NCBI RefSeq assembly: GCF_036321535.1
Contig: NC_087467.1
Span: 22,754,001-22,818,000 of the forward strand
Origin: Camelus dromedarius
Taxonomy: Eukaryota
Length of the DNA: 64,000 nt
Direction of reading: 5' to 3'
The position numbers and the translations under genes are program-made. Positions 24,491 through 38,189 of the stretch are shown here, one piece after another. The notes beneath the pieces are model-generated. The model was given only the letters and a program-made list of their open reading frames with translations, made no database searches and had not been told where the DNA came from. Positions within the stretch are counted from its first letter, which is position 1. The number at the start of each line of letters is the position of its first letter.

Positions 24491-26389
24491 AGAACAGCAT
24501 TTACAATCTGGCAATAACATTAAAACTACGAACTAATGCAAACGCTTTCTGTGGGGAACATGTGCTTGTGAAAGCAGGAACCCACCTCTGTGTGTAAAAG
24601 AACCAGGAAAGCTGTGACCGGGGTTTCTGGTCACTGTGTGAATGGAGAAGTGCCAGGACCTCGGGGCGGTGGGGGAGGGGGGGCGCAGAAGCAGCTTGAC
24701 CTGTAGTCAAGTGACCTGTAATGCTGGGTCTTGTATCAGAATAATTAAATTCATATATTACCAGCTGAATAAGTCATTAATAATTCAAAAGGACAACTTT
24801 GGTTTTAAGTTTTATGTACACGTATCTGAAAACACGGAATGATTCTGATGTGTTGAACGCTACTCTGTAGAGCCTTCTCCCTTCTGCCTTTCATACCGTT
24901 TTTCCCCTCATACTTTCAAAGTCACCAGGCACTTCCAAATGCACCGTCTCCTTTCTTACTCCCAATCGGTAAAGCAGGGTGGGGAGTGAGCCACAGGGCA
25001 ACTGTGCTAATGCCAGAGGCTCATGATTGGCAGCATCCAAATTAGAACTGAGGTCCTCTGAGGTCACTTTTGCTTTTCACATCTGTGAAGGATAAACTTA
25101 CCATACCCCCCTTCAAATCTTCTGTCCTGGGTCCATGACAAAGCCCATCTCACCCGGGCCATTAACACTTGGATAATCCCAGTGTCACACAACGCGCATG
25201 TTGCACATGACAGGCGTGAACCAGCTTTCGCCCACCACTGTCAGCCTCGCCAGGCTGGGGCAGACCCAGGTGCGCCCCGGGCTCTGTGCCGTGGGGAGGA
25301 CCGAGGGCCCCGGCCAGACATCTCGGTGGCACGACGGGCACTTGGACCAGCTCATCCCGTGATCACCAAACAGGATGGTCCAGTCCAAGGGAAATCTCTT
25401 CCACATTAACATATGAACTGGTAGAAATTGTTTTCCAAATCCATGGAACAAGCAGTGGGCTTTCCAGACACACCCTCGTGCTCCCAGTAGTCTACAAGCA
25501 GATACATGTTGCTGGGGCAAATCTCACCAGAATCCTCCAGTCTGTCGTGCATAACTTCAGAACACAGTAACTGTACTCCCCACCCTCTCCAAGATGATAG
25601 CCCCACAGCATTGCCCGAAACAGCGGGCTTTTCCCAGGAAGAAGCGGTAAGAGCCGAGGCGGTGGGCAGCCTGCAAGCGGTTAAGAGCAGAGAGAGAAGC
25701 CAAGAGCCCTTTGGCATCTTTGCGCTGGTTTACAGCCTCTCAAAGGAACAGAGGACAGACGTCTGGGAAAGGCTGGGCCTCGGGAGGGTCGGGGGGTGAC
25801 CTCTTCTCCCAGCTGAATGCGGTGTTGGCAGAGGCTGAAAGGCGCAGTGAAAGACAGCGAGCTATGAAAGCCGTGGCTAATAACACAAGTGATTCTATTT
25901 TAAAAAAATGTATCATGAGAATCTCTTATAAAAGTTGACTCAGTACATGAAAGAAAACTGAGAACACCCTTGGAAATTTTTAAAGATAAGTCATTTCTCA
26001 TAAGGTAGGGACCAGCGTGGAGAGCGTGCTGTCTGTGCTGGGCGAAGAGGTGGATCCAGGGACGCTGCTCCCTTTGACCCAAGTGCTCGCGGGAAGGACT
26101 TCGCCCAATTCATCCAGCTATTGGTTCAGAGGGAAAAAAAAAACTTGAAAGTTGTCACAGAACCAAATGAAATCTCTGTACATAGATCAGTTGTTCTCGC
26201 TGAAGAACTCCTTTGTAAAACCCCGTCTCATCAAATACACGCCTGTGAAGAAAGTAAGCGTTAAAATTATTCGCACCGTGTTTTCTCCTTCTCTTCCCAC
26301 AAAAGTCTACTGTTTTTATCAGTTGGTCGCCTGCCATCTTCTAAGGAGAACGCATACCATGGTTCACAGCCTGCGAACTTGACTTCAAA

Positions 26390-28650
26390 TCACAGTGGTA
26401 TCAGGGATGGAGGCAGGTTATTACAGGCTTAGTAGGACAGACGCTGAAAGGATAGTAAAGGATACGGTGACTATGCTCATGAATGACGATTTAGATGAAA
26501 TGGACCAGTTCCTTAAGACACACGAACCACCGGATCTCACACAGATTGAGATCGAGTGTCTGAGGAAGCCTGTAACCATCCAAGACATTGAATCGATAAT
26601 TAATTACCTGCCACGAAACAGAGCTCTGCTGGTTTCGCTGGTGACCTCCACGACGTGGTGGAGGAAGAAATGACACGAATTCTCTAGACTCTCTTTGAGA
26701 AAACAGAACCAGAAGGAACACTTCTTAACTAATGCTTGGAGGTCAGCAGCACCCCAGGACCAAGGCCAGATGCAGACATTACAAGAAGGGAAACTGAAGT
26801 GTAGCGTTTTCCGTGAACATAGACGCAAAAGGTCTTCAACAACGTATTAGCAGTTCGAGTCATCATTGTCCAAAACTGGAAATGACCAGGGTGTCATTCA
26901 GTAGGTGACGGGTGAACAAACTGATACACCTTACAACTGCTTATTATTCAACAGTTGAAAGAAACGAGCTGTCAAGCCAGAGGAAGACACGAGGGAAACG
27001 TAAACGCATATTGCAAAGCGAAAGAAGCCAATGGAAGAAAAAAGGACAAAAAAGGCAATATGAAGAGGCAGTTCTCCAAAGAAGACACACAAACGGCCAG
27101 TAAGTACATGTAACGACAGTCAACACCTTTAGCCAGCAGGAAAAAGCAATTCAAAACCACGGAATACCGCTTCACAGCCACCAGGATGACTGTAATAAAA
27201 AAAGACCGCCAGTAACAGCGTCGGAGAAGAGAAACCCGGACCTTCGGCATCGCCGCTGGGAACGTAAAACGATGCCGCCTCTCGGGAGCACAGCTGGACC
27301 AGCCCTCAAAACAGCGCCTGCGGTTTTCACCTGACCCAGCAACCCCACTTCTAGGCACACACCCAATAGAAGTGGAGACGCATGTCTGCATGAAACCTGT
27401 GCACGGGTGTCCGTGTCAGCGTTATTTGTAATAGCAAAAACGTCGTCCCCAAACGTTCAACTGCTGAACATAAGGCACTGTATATTCTCAGGATGCCGTG
27501 CTGTTTGGCAAGAAAAAGAAGTGAAATGCTGACACTCACTGCAACTTGCGTGAACCTGGAAAACATTATGCTCAGGGAGGGAAGCCAGTCACAAAGCATC
27601 ATATGTTGTATGTTTCCATTCGCAGTAAACGTCCAGCATGAACACATCTACAGAGACTGTGCACGGATCTTTGGCTGCCTGGCGTTAGATGGCTGGAGGG
27701 ACGGGTCTGCAGTTTTGTTCTGGAGTGATGAGAACACTCTAAAATTAGCTGTGATGGTTACACCACTATGTTAATGTATTAAAAACTACTGAATTGTAGG
27801 CTTACTTAGATGGATTGTACGTGCGTTATACTTCAATAAAAGTGTTAAAAATTTCACCATAAACATTTTCATAAAATTGTGCACAGACAAGGATTTTTCT
27901 TACACGACAGAAAAACCAGAAAGATTATGAGTGGTAGATTCGGCTACACAAATATTTTTAAATTCTTTTACGCAAAACATACCACAAAGTTAAAGGAAAA
28001 AGATGGAAAGTACTGAAAACATACATGCCCAATAAAAGTTTATTATCCTTAACAAATAATTTCTATAATTGCAGCAATAAAAGAAACAGGTCAATGGAAA
28101 ATGTGCAATGAAAAGCTATTGACAAAAACAAAATCAGCTGGGCAATAAAAATGCAAAAATCAGTCCTATTTTTCTATAGTCAAAGAAATAGAAAAAAATA
28201 ATAGATAAACTTATTTCCCTATCACTTTGGCAAAGATTTGTGAAGTTTGATAATACCCAATCATGGAAAAAAATGGGGAAAAGGAGAAATAAAATGGTCT
28301 GAACGACACAGAGAGCAACTTAGAGACAGAAGTCAAATTCTAAATTACCAGAAATTTCACTTGCTGTATTCTAACTGAACCAACGAAATGAACAAAATAT
28401 ACACAAAAGAAACTGACTGCAGCACCGCCTACAAGGTGAAACTTCATACCAGATAGAAATCTGTGAAAAGCGGTTGTTTTTTCCAACGTTGGGTATTTAT
28501 AGCCTAGAGAGATGTGGATCCTGCATAAAGACATCTCAGGTATACTGTTCAGTGAAAGAGTGGTTCACAAAATGCTACATGTGGACTCACGCCACTTACG
28601 GGGAAATATAACACATGGATGGACAGGAAAAAAACCTGAGTCTACAGACA
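26390..28650 (+). mobile_element. Stack of fragmented L1 relics (ORF2 pieces and L1MB/L1ME-like 3' UTRs)
   Basis: TAGATGAAATGGACCAGTTCC, TTCTCCAAAGAAGACACACAAACGGCCAGTAAG, GAACCTGGAAAACATTATGCTCAG and ACTTCAATAAAAG are typical L1 motifs; many stops and indels. Confidence 0.75.
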
Positions 28651-28719
28651 GTGATCATCTGAGAACCGGGAATTAGTTGATTATTTTTTTACTTTCTCCT
28701 TATGTATTTCTAAGTTATT

Positions 28720-28835
28720 TCCATTTTGAAAAACAGACCAATATCCTGGAATAGCCTATAATGAAAAAGAATATGAAAAGTTTTATATATGTGTGTGTGT
28801 ATATATATATATATATATACACACACACATACACC
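28720..28835 (+). mobile_element. Short L1 tail fragment ending in compound (TA)/(TG)/(CA) microsatellite
   Basis: TAGCCTATAATGAAAAAGAATATGAAAAG followed by TA, TG, TA and CA dinucleotide runs. Confidence 0.7.
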
Positions 28836-28950
28836 TTTGGAGACATTGCCGTGTCTTTCAAACTTGTCTGAAGGAGAAAAGGAGTTACTTGGGATTTATG
28901 TGTAACAAAAGTAGGGGTGTGCAGAGTTGGTGGAAAGAATGTTGGAATCA

Positions 28951-29098
28951 GGAGAGGGTGGACCTCAGTGGTAGAGCACGTGCTTAGCATGCATGAAGTC
29001 ATGGGTTCAATCCCCCGTACCTCCATTAAAAAAATAAACTAAAATAAAATAAATCTAATTACCACCCCCCAAAATGAATAAGTAAGTTAAAAAAAAAG
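28951..29098 (+). mobile_element. Camelid-type tRNA-Ala-derived SINE
   Basis: CTCAGTGGTAGAGCACGTGCTTAGCATGCATGAAGTCATGGGTTCAATCCCCCGTACCTCCA plus AAATCTAATTACCACCCCCC tail; degenerate TSD AAAGAATGTTGGAATCA / AAAGAGAATTGAAATCA. Confidence 0.9.
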
Positions 29099-29679
29099 AG
29101 AATTGAAATCATAAAAATAAAAGTCCGTATATAAAACAGGGTCCTGGGGTCCTTAAAGCAAAATCTACAGCGGCACGGTGGTTGAAGACCCCTTGGTCCT
29201 CATCCTTCGGGTCTGCAGCAGCCTGGGCCGGGCCTGTGGCATCCGGCAGGAGCATCCTTTCTGGGGCTCCCCCAGAGGCATTGCCTGAAATGCATGCGGG
29301 ATGGAGGGCTGCCAATGTCCCTGCAGGAGCCACAGAGGAGCAGATCGACCTCGAACCGCCAAGACCATCCGTGGGAGCCAGCATTCCCATCTGGGGGCCG
29401 TTTGCAGAAGCACACACATACCATCATTGTTAACTTTCTAAAAAAATGCCCAGTTTCAGTGCTGAGTGACCTGGTTGAACTGCGTGTGTGTGTGTGTGCC
29501 CACAAATGCAAAGCTGTTTTTTACTCTGAAATGTCTCACCCTGAGGCTCACTCTCCTTCGCCCACGCCAGACATTGCAAACCCGCATTTCTCAGAAAGGC
29601 TGCTTCTCCGTGTGAGCGGAGGAGGGGGCTGGTCCTCTCCGAGAGTTGGTCATCAGAATCTCCCAGGGACACACACCTC

Positions 29680-32130
29680 GGAAAAAGCACATCCAACTGT
29701 ATGCAATTTTATACTGGGAAAAATTCGTAAACCCTACTGCTATAAAGCCAATGGCAGCAAATAAAAGTTAACAACAGGTTTTGAGAAGAACATTCCGGTA
29801 GGGTCAGCCAGTTTGACTGTCGTGATGCCACCTGCTTGGCTGACAGCATCTCCCGCCCGCAAGCCTGGTCAGAGTGCCAGTTCCTTGAGGACGGGGCTCA
29901 CAGGAAAATAAGACTTTCCACATAAGTTGGAAGCAGCAACTGTAGAATGATTTGGATGGACATACATGACCAGTAAAGGAGTTAAACTTTATCCAGAAGG
30001 CAATAGAAGAACTAAGGTCCCGCGGACTCTAACGTTATAATAACTGAACATCCTCAAATACTGGGAAGTTATCAACATGCTTCTAAAAAAAAAATTCATG
30101 GGTCAAACAGAAAACCTCAAGGGAAGTTAGAAAATATGTGAAGTGAGTAAAATGGAAACACAGGCCATCAAACTCGTGCGCTGCAGCTGCGACAGCGCCT
30201 GGAGGGGACTCTAGAGCATTCAGTGCTCATATTAGTAAAGAAGGAAGACTTCACATCAACATTTTACGATTCCACATCAAGAATCAGACAAAATAAACAT
30301 AAAAGAAGCAGAAAAAAAAAAGAATAAGGTAAATAAGAACAGAAATAAATGAAATAGAAAACAGAAAGAGAGGATTCATGAAGACTCATTCAAGCTGATT
30401 CTTGACAAGATGAATAAAAGCAACGAATCTCTCACCACCACCGAGGAAGAGGGACGACACAGACTTCCAGTGTCCAGAGCGACGAGGACACATCAGGGCA
30501 CACTCACAGACATTACAAGAGAAACGGGAGAACCCTAATGACCGCTCCACACACACGGATTTGACAACGTAGGAGAAACGAGCCAGTTCCTTGACAGTAG
30601 GGGCATCACAGAGGGACAAAGTGAAGCCCACCCGAGACGAAACAGATGAGCTGAGCAGTCCTGTTTCTACTAAAGAAATCACATGTGCAGGTAAAAGTCT
30701 CACTAAAAAGGAAACTCCATGCAGAAACTATTTCAAGAATACAGCTAAACATTTAAAGAAGTAATAACACCAATTATACACCAATCTCTTTCAGGAAGAA
30801 AAGGAAGGGAACATTTTATTCAATTTAAATGTTTTCTAATTTCCCTTGAGATTTATTCTTTGACCCATTAAATTTTCAGAAGGATGTGGTTTACGTTCCA
30901 AGTACTTGGAGATTTCCCAGTTATCATTATGTTAGAGTTCATATAATTTTAATATAACCACTTGAATGCTGAACAGAGTTGCTGTGAGAAGGGGGTTAGC
31001 ATGCCTTCCCTTTGATTTTGGATGTTTATATATTTAAGGAATCAGAACTCTTTAAACATTACATTTTTATGAGTCTGAAATTACCCTGATACCAAAACCA
31101 CACAAGGATATTTATTCCAAGTTAAAAAAAAAAACTACAGACCAATACTCCTCATGAACATAGAAAATTTCTCAAAAAATATTAGCCAACCAAATCCATC
31201 GATGTGTAGGAAGAACAACACACCACGGGCAAGTGGGGTTTTCCCCAGGAATGCAAGTCAGGTTCAATACTCAGACCAGTCAAGGGTCACCCACCAAATT
31301 AATAGTCGAAGGAAGAGACAGTCAGGAGATTATATCAAATGAAGTAGAAAAGACATTTGAAAAAATTTAGCATTCACTCATGATAAAAATTCTCAGCAAA
31401 TCAGCAATGAAAAAGAATCTTTTAACTGAAAAAGTATGTACAAAAACCCTCATCTAAATAATACCCAATGGTGAGACTGGGGAGAAGGCAGGTATGCGTA
31501 GTCTCAGCACTCCCACTAACTGCGGTACTGAAAGTCCTAGTCAGTGCAATAAATCAGGAAAGAGAAGGTGTGCAGGCTGGTAAGGAGAAAAGAAGACTGG
31601 TTTTGTTCAGAGGCTACGTGGAAGTATTAAGAAACCACAGAGAGAATCCTCTTGCATAAGTGAGTCTATCAAGATCACAGGACACAAGGTCATCACTCTG
31701 AAATCAGTTGTACTTCTGTATGTTAGTGAAGAAAAAATGGAAACCAACGTTTGGAAAAACAACGTCGTGGACAAGAATTCAAAAACTGCACCTCTCGGGC
31801 AGTGATGGAAATGTTAGCCATCCTGATTGTGGTGCTGGTTTATTGGTGTCTACATCTGTCAAAATTCATCCAATTGTACCTTTGAAATAACTGTAGTTTA
31901 CTGTATGGGAGCCAAGCCACAATAAAGGTGCATGCATGCATCAATAAATAAAGTACGTTTAAAAAAGAATTCTCAAGAACACGTCGGTATACACCCAGAA
32001 AAATGCGTTCAGACGCTGGATGCTGAAAACCATACAACGCTGACGCCAGAAATCAGTGACCTACGTGAACCCGGAGACACGCCATGAGGCCGGGCCGGAT
32101 GACCGTTCTTCAGACAGAGCTGTGGATTTG
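29680..32130 (+). mobile_element. Old L1M ORF2 relics with a small inverted piece (~30830-30940)
   Basis: CCATGGGTCAAA-like, CCCTGATACCAAAACCA and CATTCACTCATGATAAAAATTCTCAGCAAA motifs; 30830-30940 matches the reverse-strand L1 text also seen at ~19040 and ~50820. Confidence 0.75.
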
Positions 32131-32569
32131 ATGCAATTGCAGTGAATTCCACAGGTCAAGGACTTGCACTGTCCTCATTGCAAAGGTGAGGAGGTTGAGG
32201 TCTGCAGGGTACACGTGTGGCCCAGGTGACCAGACTCCCACAGGGTGGAGTGACTGGCGGTCACCTCAGCTGTGCCCTAGGTCATGTTAGCTGAAGATAA
32301 AAGCTTATATTCAACAACAACACAAAAAAGGTACCATATTTATGCTCAGCCATTGAATTTTTTTAAAGCTTTCTTAATAATCTATAAACTTTAAAATTTG
32401 GGGGCTTTTTGCTTTTAAACCTGCTCAAGGTGGGGGTCTGAAAACAGGACCATGAAATCTGGGACAGACTGTGAGTCTGCAGACCACGACCATGGGGTTC
32501 GTCAGAGCCCAAGACAAAATCCTCTCTGCGAAGAGTCAACCACGGTTGACATCTTCATTTTGCACTCAG

Positions 32570-32711
32570 TTTATTTGATGCGTTGGAAACCATTCCGTCG
32601 CTCCAATTGGATCTCCACAAAAAATCAAACACTATGTATCATCATGAAAGGAAATGTTTTGAACAGGATTGGGAGCTGAACTGGAAAGAAAAAACACACC
32701 GTCAAAGCAAG
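32570..32711 (+). CDS. Candidate 142-nt exon (LFDALETIPSLQLDLHKKSNTMYHHERKCFEQDWELNWKEKTHRQSK)
   Basis: Acceptor catcttcattttgcactcag and donor AAG|gtaact; open frame throughout. No partner exon or homology established. Confidence 0.15.
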
Positions 32712-35700
32712 GTAACTACCATTCAGAAGCAAGAGCACCGGAGCAGGTTAGAAAGAAAGCAGCCTCGTCCGGCCGGCAGGACCGGCAGGCGGCCCGGGAG
32801 GCGGAGGGGAGGTGCCACGCCAGCACTCAGCACTCTGCCTCGAGGATCATTTTGAACTGAAGATACCTGAGGTTCGACAGACGCAGAAAAGAGCCTTCCC
32901 AGAGCTTCCTCTATCTCAGTAAGGCAGAAACTCCCAAGAAACAAGGACGTCTATCCGTTCCACATCCCAGGAAGTGTTACGGCCACGAAGGGGAGGACCT
33001 GGCCCCAGGCAGGTCCTGCACAAACCTGCCCGGACCGCCCTTCCCCAAATACTCGCCCTCCAGCGCTTCGCCTGCCTTGGAAGCCCAAACCACCCCCCCT
33101 TTCTTTTCCTGGTGCGTTATGTGCCTTGCCATAATTACATCTTTCATGTAATAATCACCCTGGCAAGCGGATTCTTTCCCCCTCAATCGTAGTAAATCTT
33201 AACCTATTTCATAGTTGAAAGAGACATGTACAAGAGATCATGACTGTGATGATTAATTTGCAGAATGTTCTGATTATGCTAAAATCATTTGCAAACCTCT
33301 GGTTGGTAGTCAGTTTCTATGTGCTGTAGTTTCTGTCTCCTTTTTCCAGCCTTTTGGCTCCTTTTTTGTCATCACGTCGCATCCGCACAATTGATCACTC
33401 TTTGCTAAAATAATACGCAAGCTCTCAGGTCAACCCGCTTTTCTGGGTCTTCACTTCTTTCCTAGGAAGGCTCCTTTGTCCTGTAAAAAACAGCCTCAAA
33501 TAAAATGGTTCTGCTTTCCTCCTGTCACTCTGTCTTTTGTCAGTTATGCACAGGGTTCTTGTCAGTGAACCTAAGAGGGCAGAGGAAACAGGTGCCCCCC
33601 CCAACACTTCGCTAACGGGAGTCAGCTGAATGCACATGTGTAGATAATTCGCCGTGAGACTAGGCAGGGTGAGACGCCAAAGCTGCGGGGTGGAGAGCGC
33701 ACCGACGAGCCGCTGATGAGGCTGACTCGGTGGTGGGGCCACTGGTCGGGACCTGCCAGGAAGGCCAGTGGCGAGAAGGTCCGTGGCTCTCTGGAAGGCC
33801 CCCCACTCCCACCTCTCTTCTGTTGTGGTGACGGCGGCAGCTTTAAGCCCCATGGATGACCGGCTACCACACACGTGCACACACTGCACACTGGCGACTG
33901 AGGGCCATGCAGGTGTGGAAATGGCCCTGCTCTCCGTGCCTCTCCTCATCCAGCCCCTGGAGAGGCCCCGTCACCCTTCAGAACTCATGTCAGATGGCAC
34001 CGCCCCCACGAAGCCGCCTCTGTTCTCGCCAGGACTTGGTTCTGTTCCTCTCTTGAGGCGCGGAGAAGCCCACGCGTGTCGCGAGCACTCAGCCTGCGGC
34101 GTCAGAATCGGATTTTCTGCGTCTGTCTCCCCCATGTTGTCTTCACCTCCAGACTCAAGCACAGAAGTTGGCGCCCAACAAATTAAACAGGGATTGAAGA
34201 ACAACTGAACAGATTTTCCACAAAGAGCCTCTTCTGGGGGAGGCGTTCGTCTGGGATTGGCTGCCTTTGATCAGAAAGCCCCCAGACGTGCCCCTTGGAA
34301 ACGGCACGCTTCAGTGAGCTCCACACCTCGTCGCTCATCGCCACGCTGGACCCGTCCACACACACGCTCATTCCATGTCCTGGGAATCGGGCTTGCTCTC
34401 AGCAGCGCCCTGCCGTTGGACCCACGCGCGCACAGGCGGACTTACGCAGAGCATGCTGGCTTTTCTCAGCTCGCACTCGGCGAGCCGCGGCTCTGCGGCT
34501 GAAATCTGTGGCCTTCTGTCTCTGCCTTTTTTGGTTTTTTTGTCTCGCTGACGCTTCTCTTCGTTCTCACGTCTCTCACTCTGCTTCCTCGCCAAGAATT
34601 TACTGTTTGTTCGGGGGCTTCTCATTTGAGGTCTTCGTGGAGGGTTCTTAAATCCTCCTTTCTTGGAAAATATGCTCATTTTGCACATTCCTACTTATCA
34701 GGTCCAAGGAACCCTTTTGCCAAGAATCACAAAGTTTCGGCATTTCTTGGGCTCCTTTTTGCTAAGATACCAGAACTTTCACGCCCCATCCCACAGGCTG
34801 AACTCTGTTCCTTATCGTTCTCTGCACGTCATTCTTGCCTCACCTGCTCCCGGCAATTTCAAATGAGGACTTTTCCTGCACGTAACAGCATTTAGGGAGC
34901 CTCTGTCTTCTCTGGTGTGAGCTCTTAGTGCCAAGGGCAGGCTGAACAGCAAGAGCACAGACTGCCCCAAGCACCCCCCGGGGGGCTGGCTCCTCCCCCT
35001 TCCCGTGGGACTGCACACCCACCCCGGCCACCCGGCACGCGCAGGTCTGAAAGTGGCTTCAAGATCAAGGTCCCGTTCCTCTCTTCACTAAAGATACTCA
35101 GCAGCCAGGACTGTGATTTTCCAATAGTACAAACTCAGCTCAAACTCTATGAAACAAATCAGCAAACATGATGACGATATGGGGGTGTCGGGGACCAAGG
35201 GCAGGACGGAGTGAAGCCTCAGCTCCAACGGGGACCGAACCCGGCAGACGTCAAGGTCAGCTCTCCTGTCTCCTCTCTGGGCTGTGCCGCACCCGGGTTA
35301 TCCTTTCTCTGCACGGCCGGCCCCTCTGCTGCTTCCGGTGGCCCGGCCATCAGCTATCATCAAGGGATGCGGACTCCCACAAGAGACGGATTCTCTTTTG
35401 TCTGCCGAAATTCTAGAAGGAGAGATTTGTATCGACCTGAATGGCTCCCTTCCCACCTCTGGACAAACGCACGACCACCGGGAGGTGGGGTTGCCGCGCT
35501 AACCTGGAAGCCCCCACGGCGGTCCTGTGAGCGGTGACTGGAGACAGCAACTTTCGGGAAGGGACGCTGGGAGGACATTTCCGTTGGTCCCCATCATAGT
35601 GGCTGTTGATAAATCTAGGACCAAACAGTGTCTACCCCTGTCATGGTGGTCTAGCTTCCTGCCCAGACCTGACGTATACCAACCGCCTTCTCCCCCAACA

Positions 35701-38189
35701 CACGCACACACACACGCACACTCGCGCACTTGCGCAAAGGACAGAGTCCAGTCCCACACACCGGCTAGAGACCTTGCCTTAGGAAATTATGGACCTGGAC
35801 CACGAGAGGATTAGTAAATGTCACCAAACAAAATTCTTTCTCTTCTTAAGTGTCTAAGCAGCGAAGCTCATTGGGAAATGCACACCCTTGACCTCTAGAT
35901 CAGCTGAATGTTTTGTCTAAAACATTATTAAATGCTTACCTTACCCCAAAAGCTGCCTTGGTGGTTTCTTTTGTAAAGCACGCCTACAAGCCAGCAGAGA
36001 TAAGAGGGCCGCGGTTTCTGGAAGGGTTGTCACTTCTCACTAGTGTGACTCAGTTGCCAGAACCTTTCCCATCCCTTTTTCTCTGGGTGCGTTTTATCCA
36101 CCAACGCCAGAGGAAGTGGGGACAGGGTTTCCGTCACCACGGCAGAACCCCAGGTGAATCATGCTGTCTCTAGGATGTGCCTAATTTGGAGAGAAACCCT
36201 CCTATTCTCAGTTAGATCGTGCAGAAGAGAGGAATCGACGTTTATTCTGCTTGGGGCGCTCTAATCAGACAGCAGTTCACGTGGTGACACCTGAGGACGC
36301 GCAGGGCCCCTGCGGCCGGGGGGCGAGCTGCAGACCTAACGGGATGTTCACAGCTGTTTCTCCTGCTCCGAGTTCTGACTCGGGCCCCAGAGGCTGACAT
36401 CACCGCATCAGACGCCAAGTCTGATCGCACGAGAAGAGAACGCGCTGGACCACCTGCAGGTCTCTTGCTGGGAGGCTGACAGTGAGCCCTCCCGGCGCGA
36501 GCCCGTCCCGCCTCCAGGCTGCATAAGAGGCGGGAGTCGCTCCCCGTGGAGCCCAAAGCAGGGAGCAATCAGGACCGCTTCGAAGGTCATTGCACTGATC
36601 GGGCCCCGAGTCTCCTCCGCTGTGGGCACAGGGCTGTGCCAACGGAGGGTGGCTCCCAGGGAACCAGGGCGTGGCACCTGCTGCCTGGAGTAGGAAGGAC
36701 AGAGGACTTGTTCTTAGGTCATCCCAGCAGCTGTAAAGGTGGGCGGCTGGCTGGCTGCCTTAAGAGGGCAGAGGCTGGAGGAGTGGAAAGTCTGGGACAG
36801 CAGAGTCAAGCAGGAAAGGGCGTGCACATGCTGTGGGCCATGGTCAAGCTCCACCGTGGAGATCCAGGCCAAGTCATCGTGCGAGAAACTCTATGGCTGA
36901 GGACTGCTTGTGGGGGGAGTTGAACCCTAAGAGGGATGCATCACAAGAAGGAGGAGTGTCAGGAAATGATAAGGAGCCAACTGGAGAAGAAAGGACACAC
37001 CAGGACCAACCCCATGGCTGGGGCCAGGCTTCAGCAACAACGCGGCAGGTCCCCTAGCAGAGAAAGAGTCAGCTCAGACTCTGCGGGGCCCAGGCTGCAG
37101 TGTTAGCAGGTGAGTAAGGCAATCCCTGTGTCTCCTCTCTCTTCCCGACTTCCAGCTAGAGCTGCGTCCGGTCACCAAACAGCAGTGAAGGAACGGGAGA
37201 CGAGGTGGGACCAGGAAGAGAACGCGACTGGACACTGAGCAGCCCGCTTCTGGCTTCCCTGGCTGAGTCTGACTTATGCGGGAATGAAATCAGCATCGGA
37301 GCTCTGACAGTCCGTGGAGCTGGGGTTTAGCAGGTCCTCGGAACATCGAAACGCAGTTACATCATCGTGATTGGAAAAAGTAGAAGAACTGGCTGAAACT
37401 GCATCCCGAAAACAGGTGTGGGGGGACAGTGGTGAGAAGGAAGAGTCTGCCCTCCCAGGTTCCGTCCGTCCGGGTCGTTGGTTCCCGGGGAGGAATTACG
37501 CATCGCTCCCCCGCGCGGCGTTGCTGCCCTGCGGCTCTTCGGGGACCTGGACCCTGACCAGCAGAAGACGCAATTCACAGCCCGGGGGTGTTTCAGCTCC
37601 TCTGTCGACGCCTTCACTGCCCTTGAGCTTCCCTCCTTCAACTTCTCGGCCGTGTCAGTTCACAGCTCTGGGGCTGGCAGTGGGGGAGGGACGTGAATGA
37701 CGAGGACGACTGTCTCTCTCGGGGACGAGTGTGGGGGGAGGTGAGGTTACATCCTGCCTTCCCAACAGCGCGGGAAGGCAGTGACACCTCATGGGTGGCC
37801 TGGACTCTAAAATCAAGCTCAAGGACAAAGCTGTTAAGTCACCTTGTTTGCCATCTGTGTTCTCCCGGAAGAACATAAGCATGAAAAGGCAAAGGCACTC
37901 ACCTTTTTACTCTTTGCTTTGTGCACAACCCTGGAAACAGAGCCCTCCGCACAGAGGCCCAGCGCACACTGGCATGGTGGGGACGGTGCAATCATTCTGT
38001 TTTCTGTTGATCTCTTACAAAAGCCGATTAACTTCCATCCCTGGTGTCTGTTTACACACGAACTTGGCAACAATGCATGCTCGCACAAATCACTGGTCCC
38101 CACTGGTAAAACGGCCAGAGAAAAACCCCTTGATGTGCATTTCTCCTGGTCTTTGGGAACTATTGTTTATCCCACTGAATTGTGAAGAA

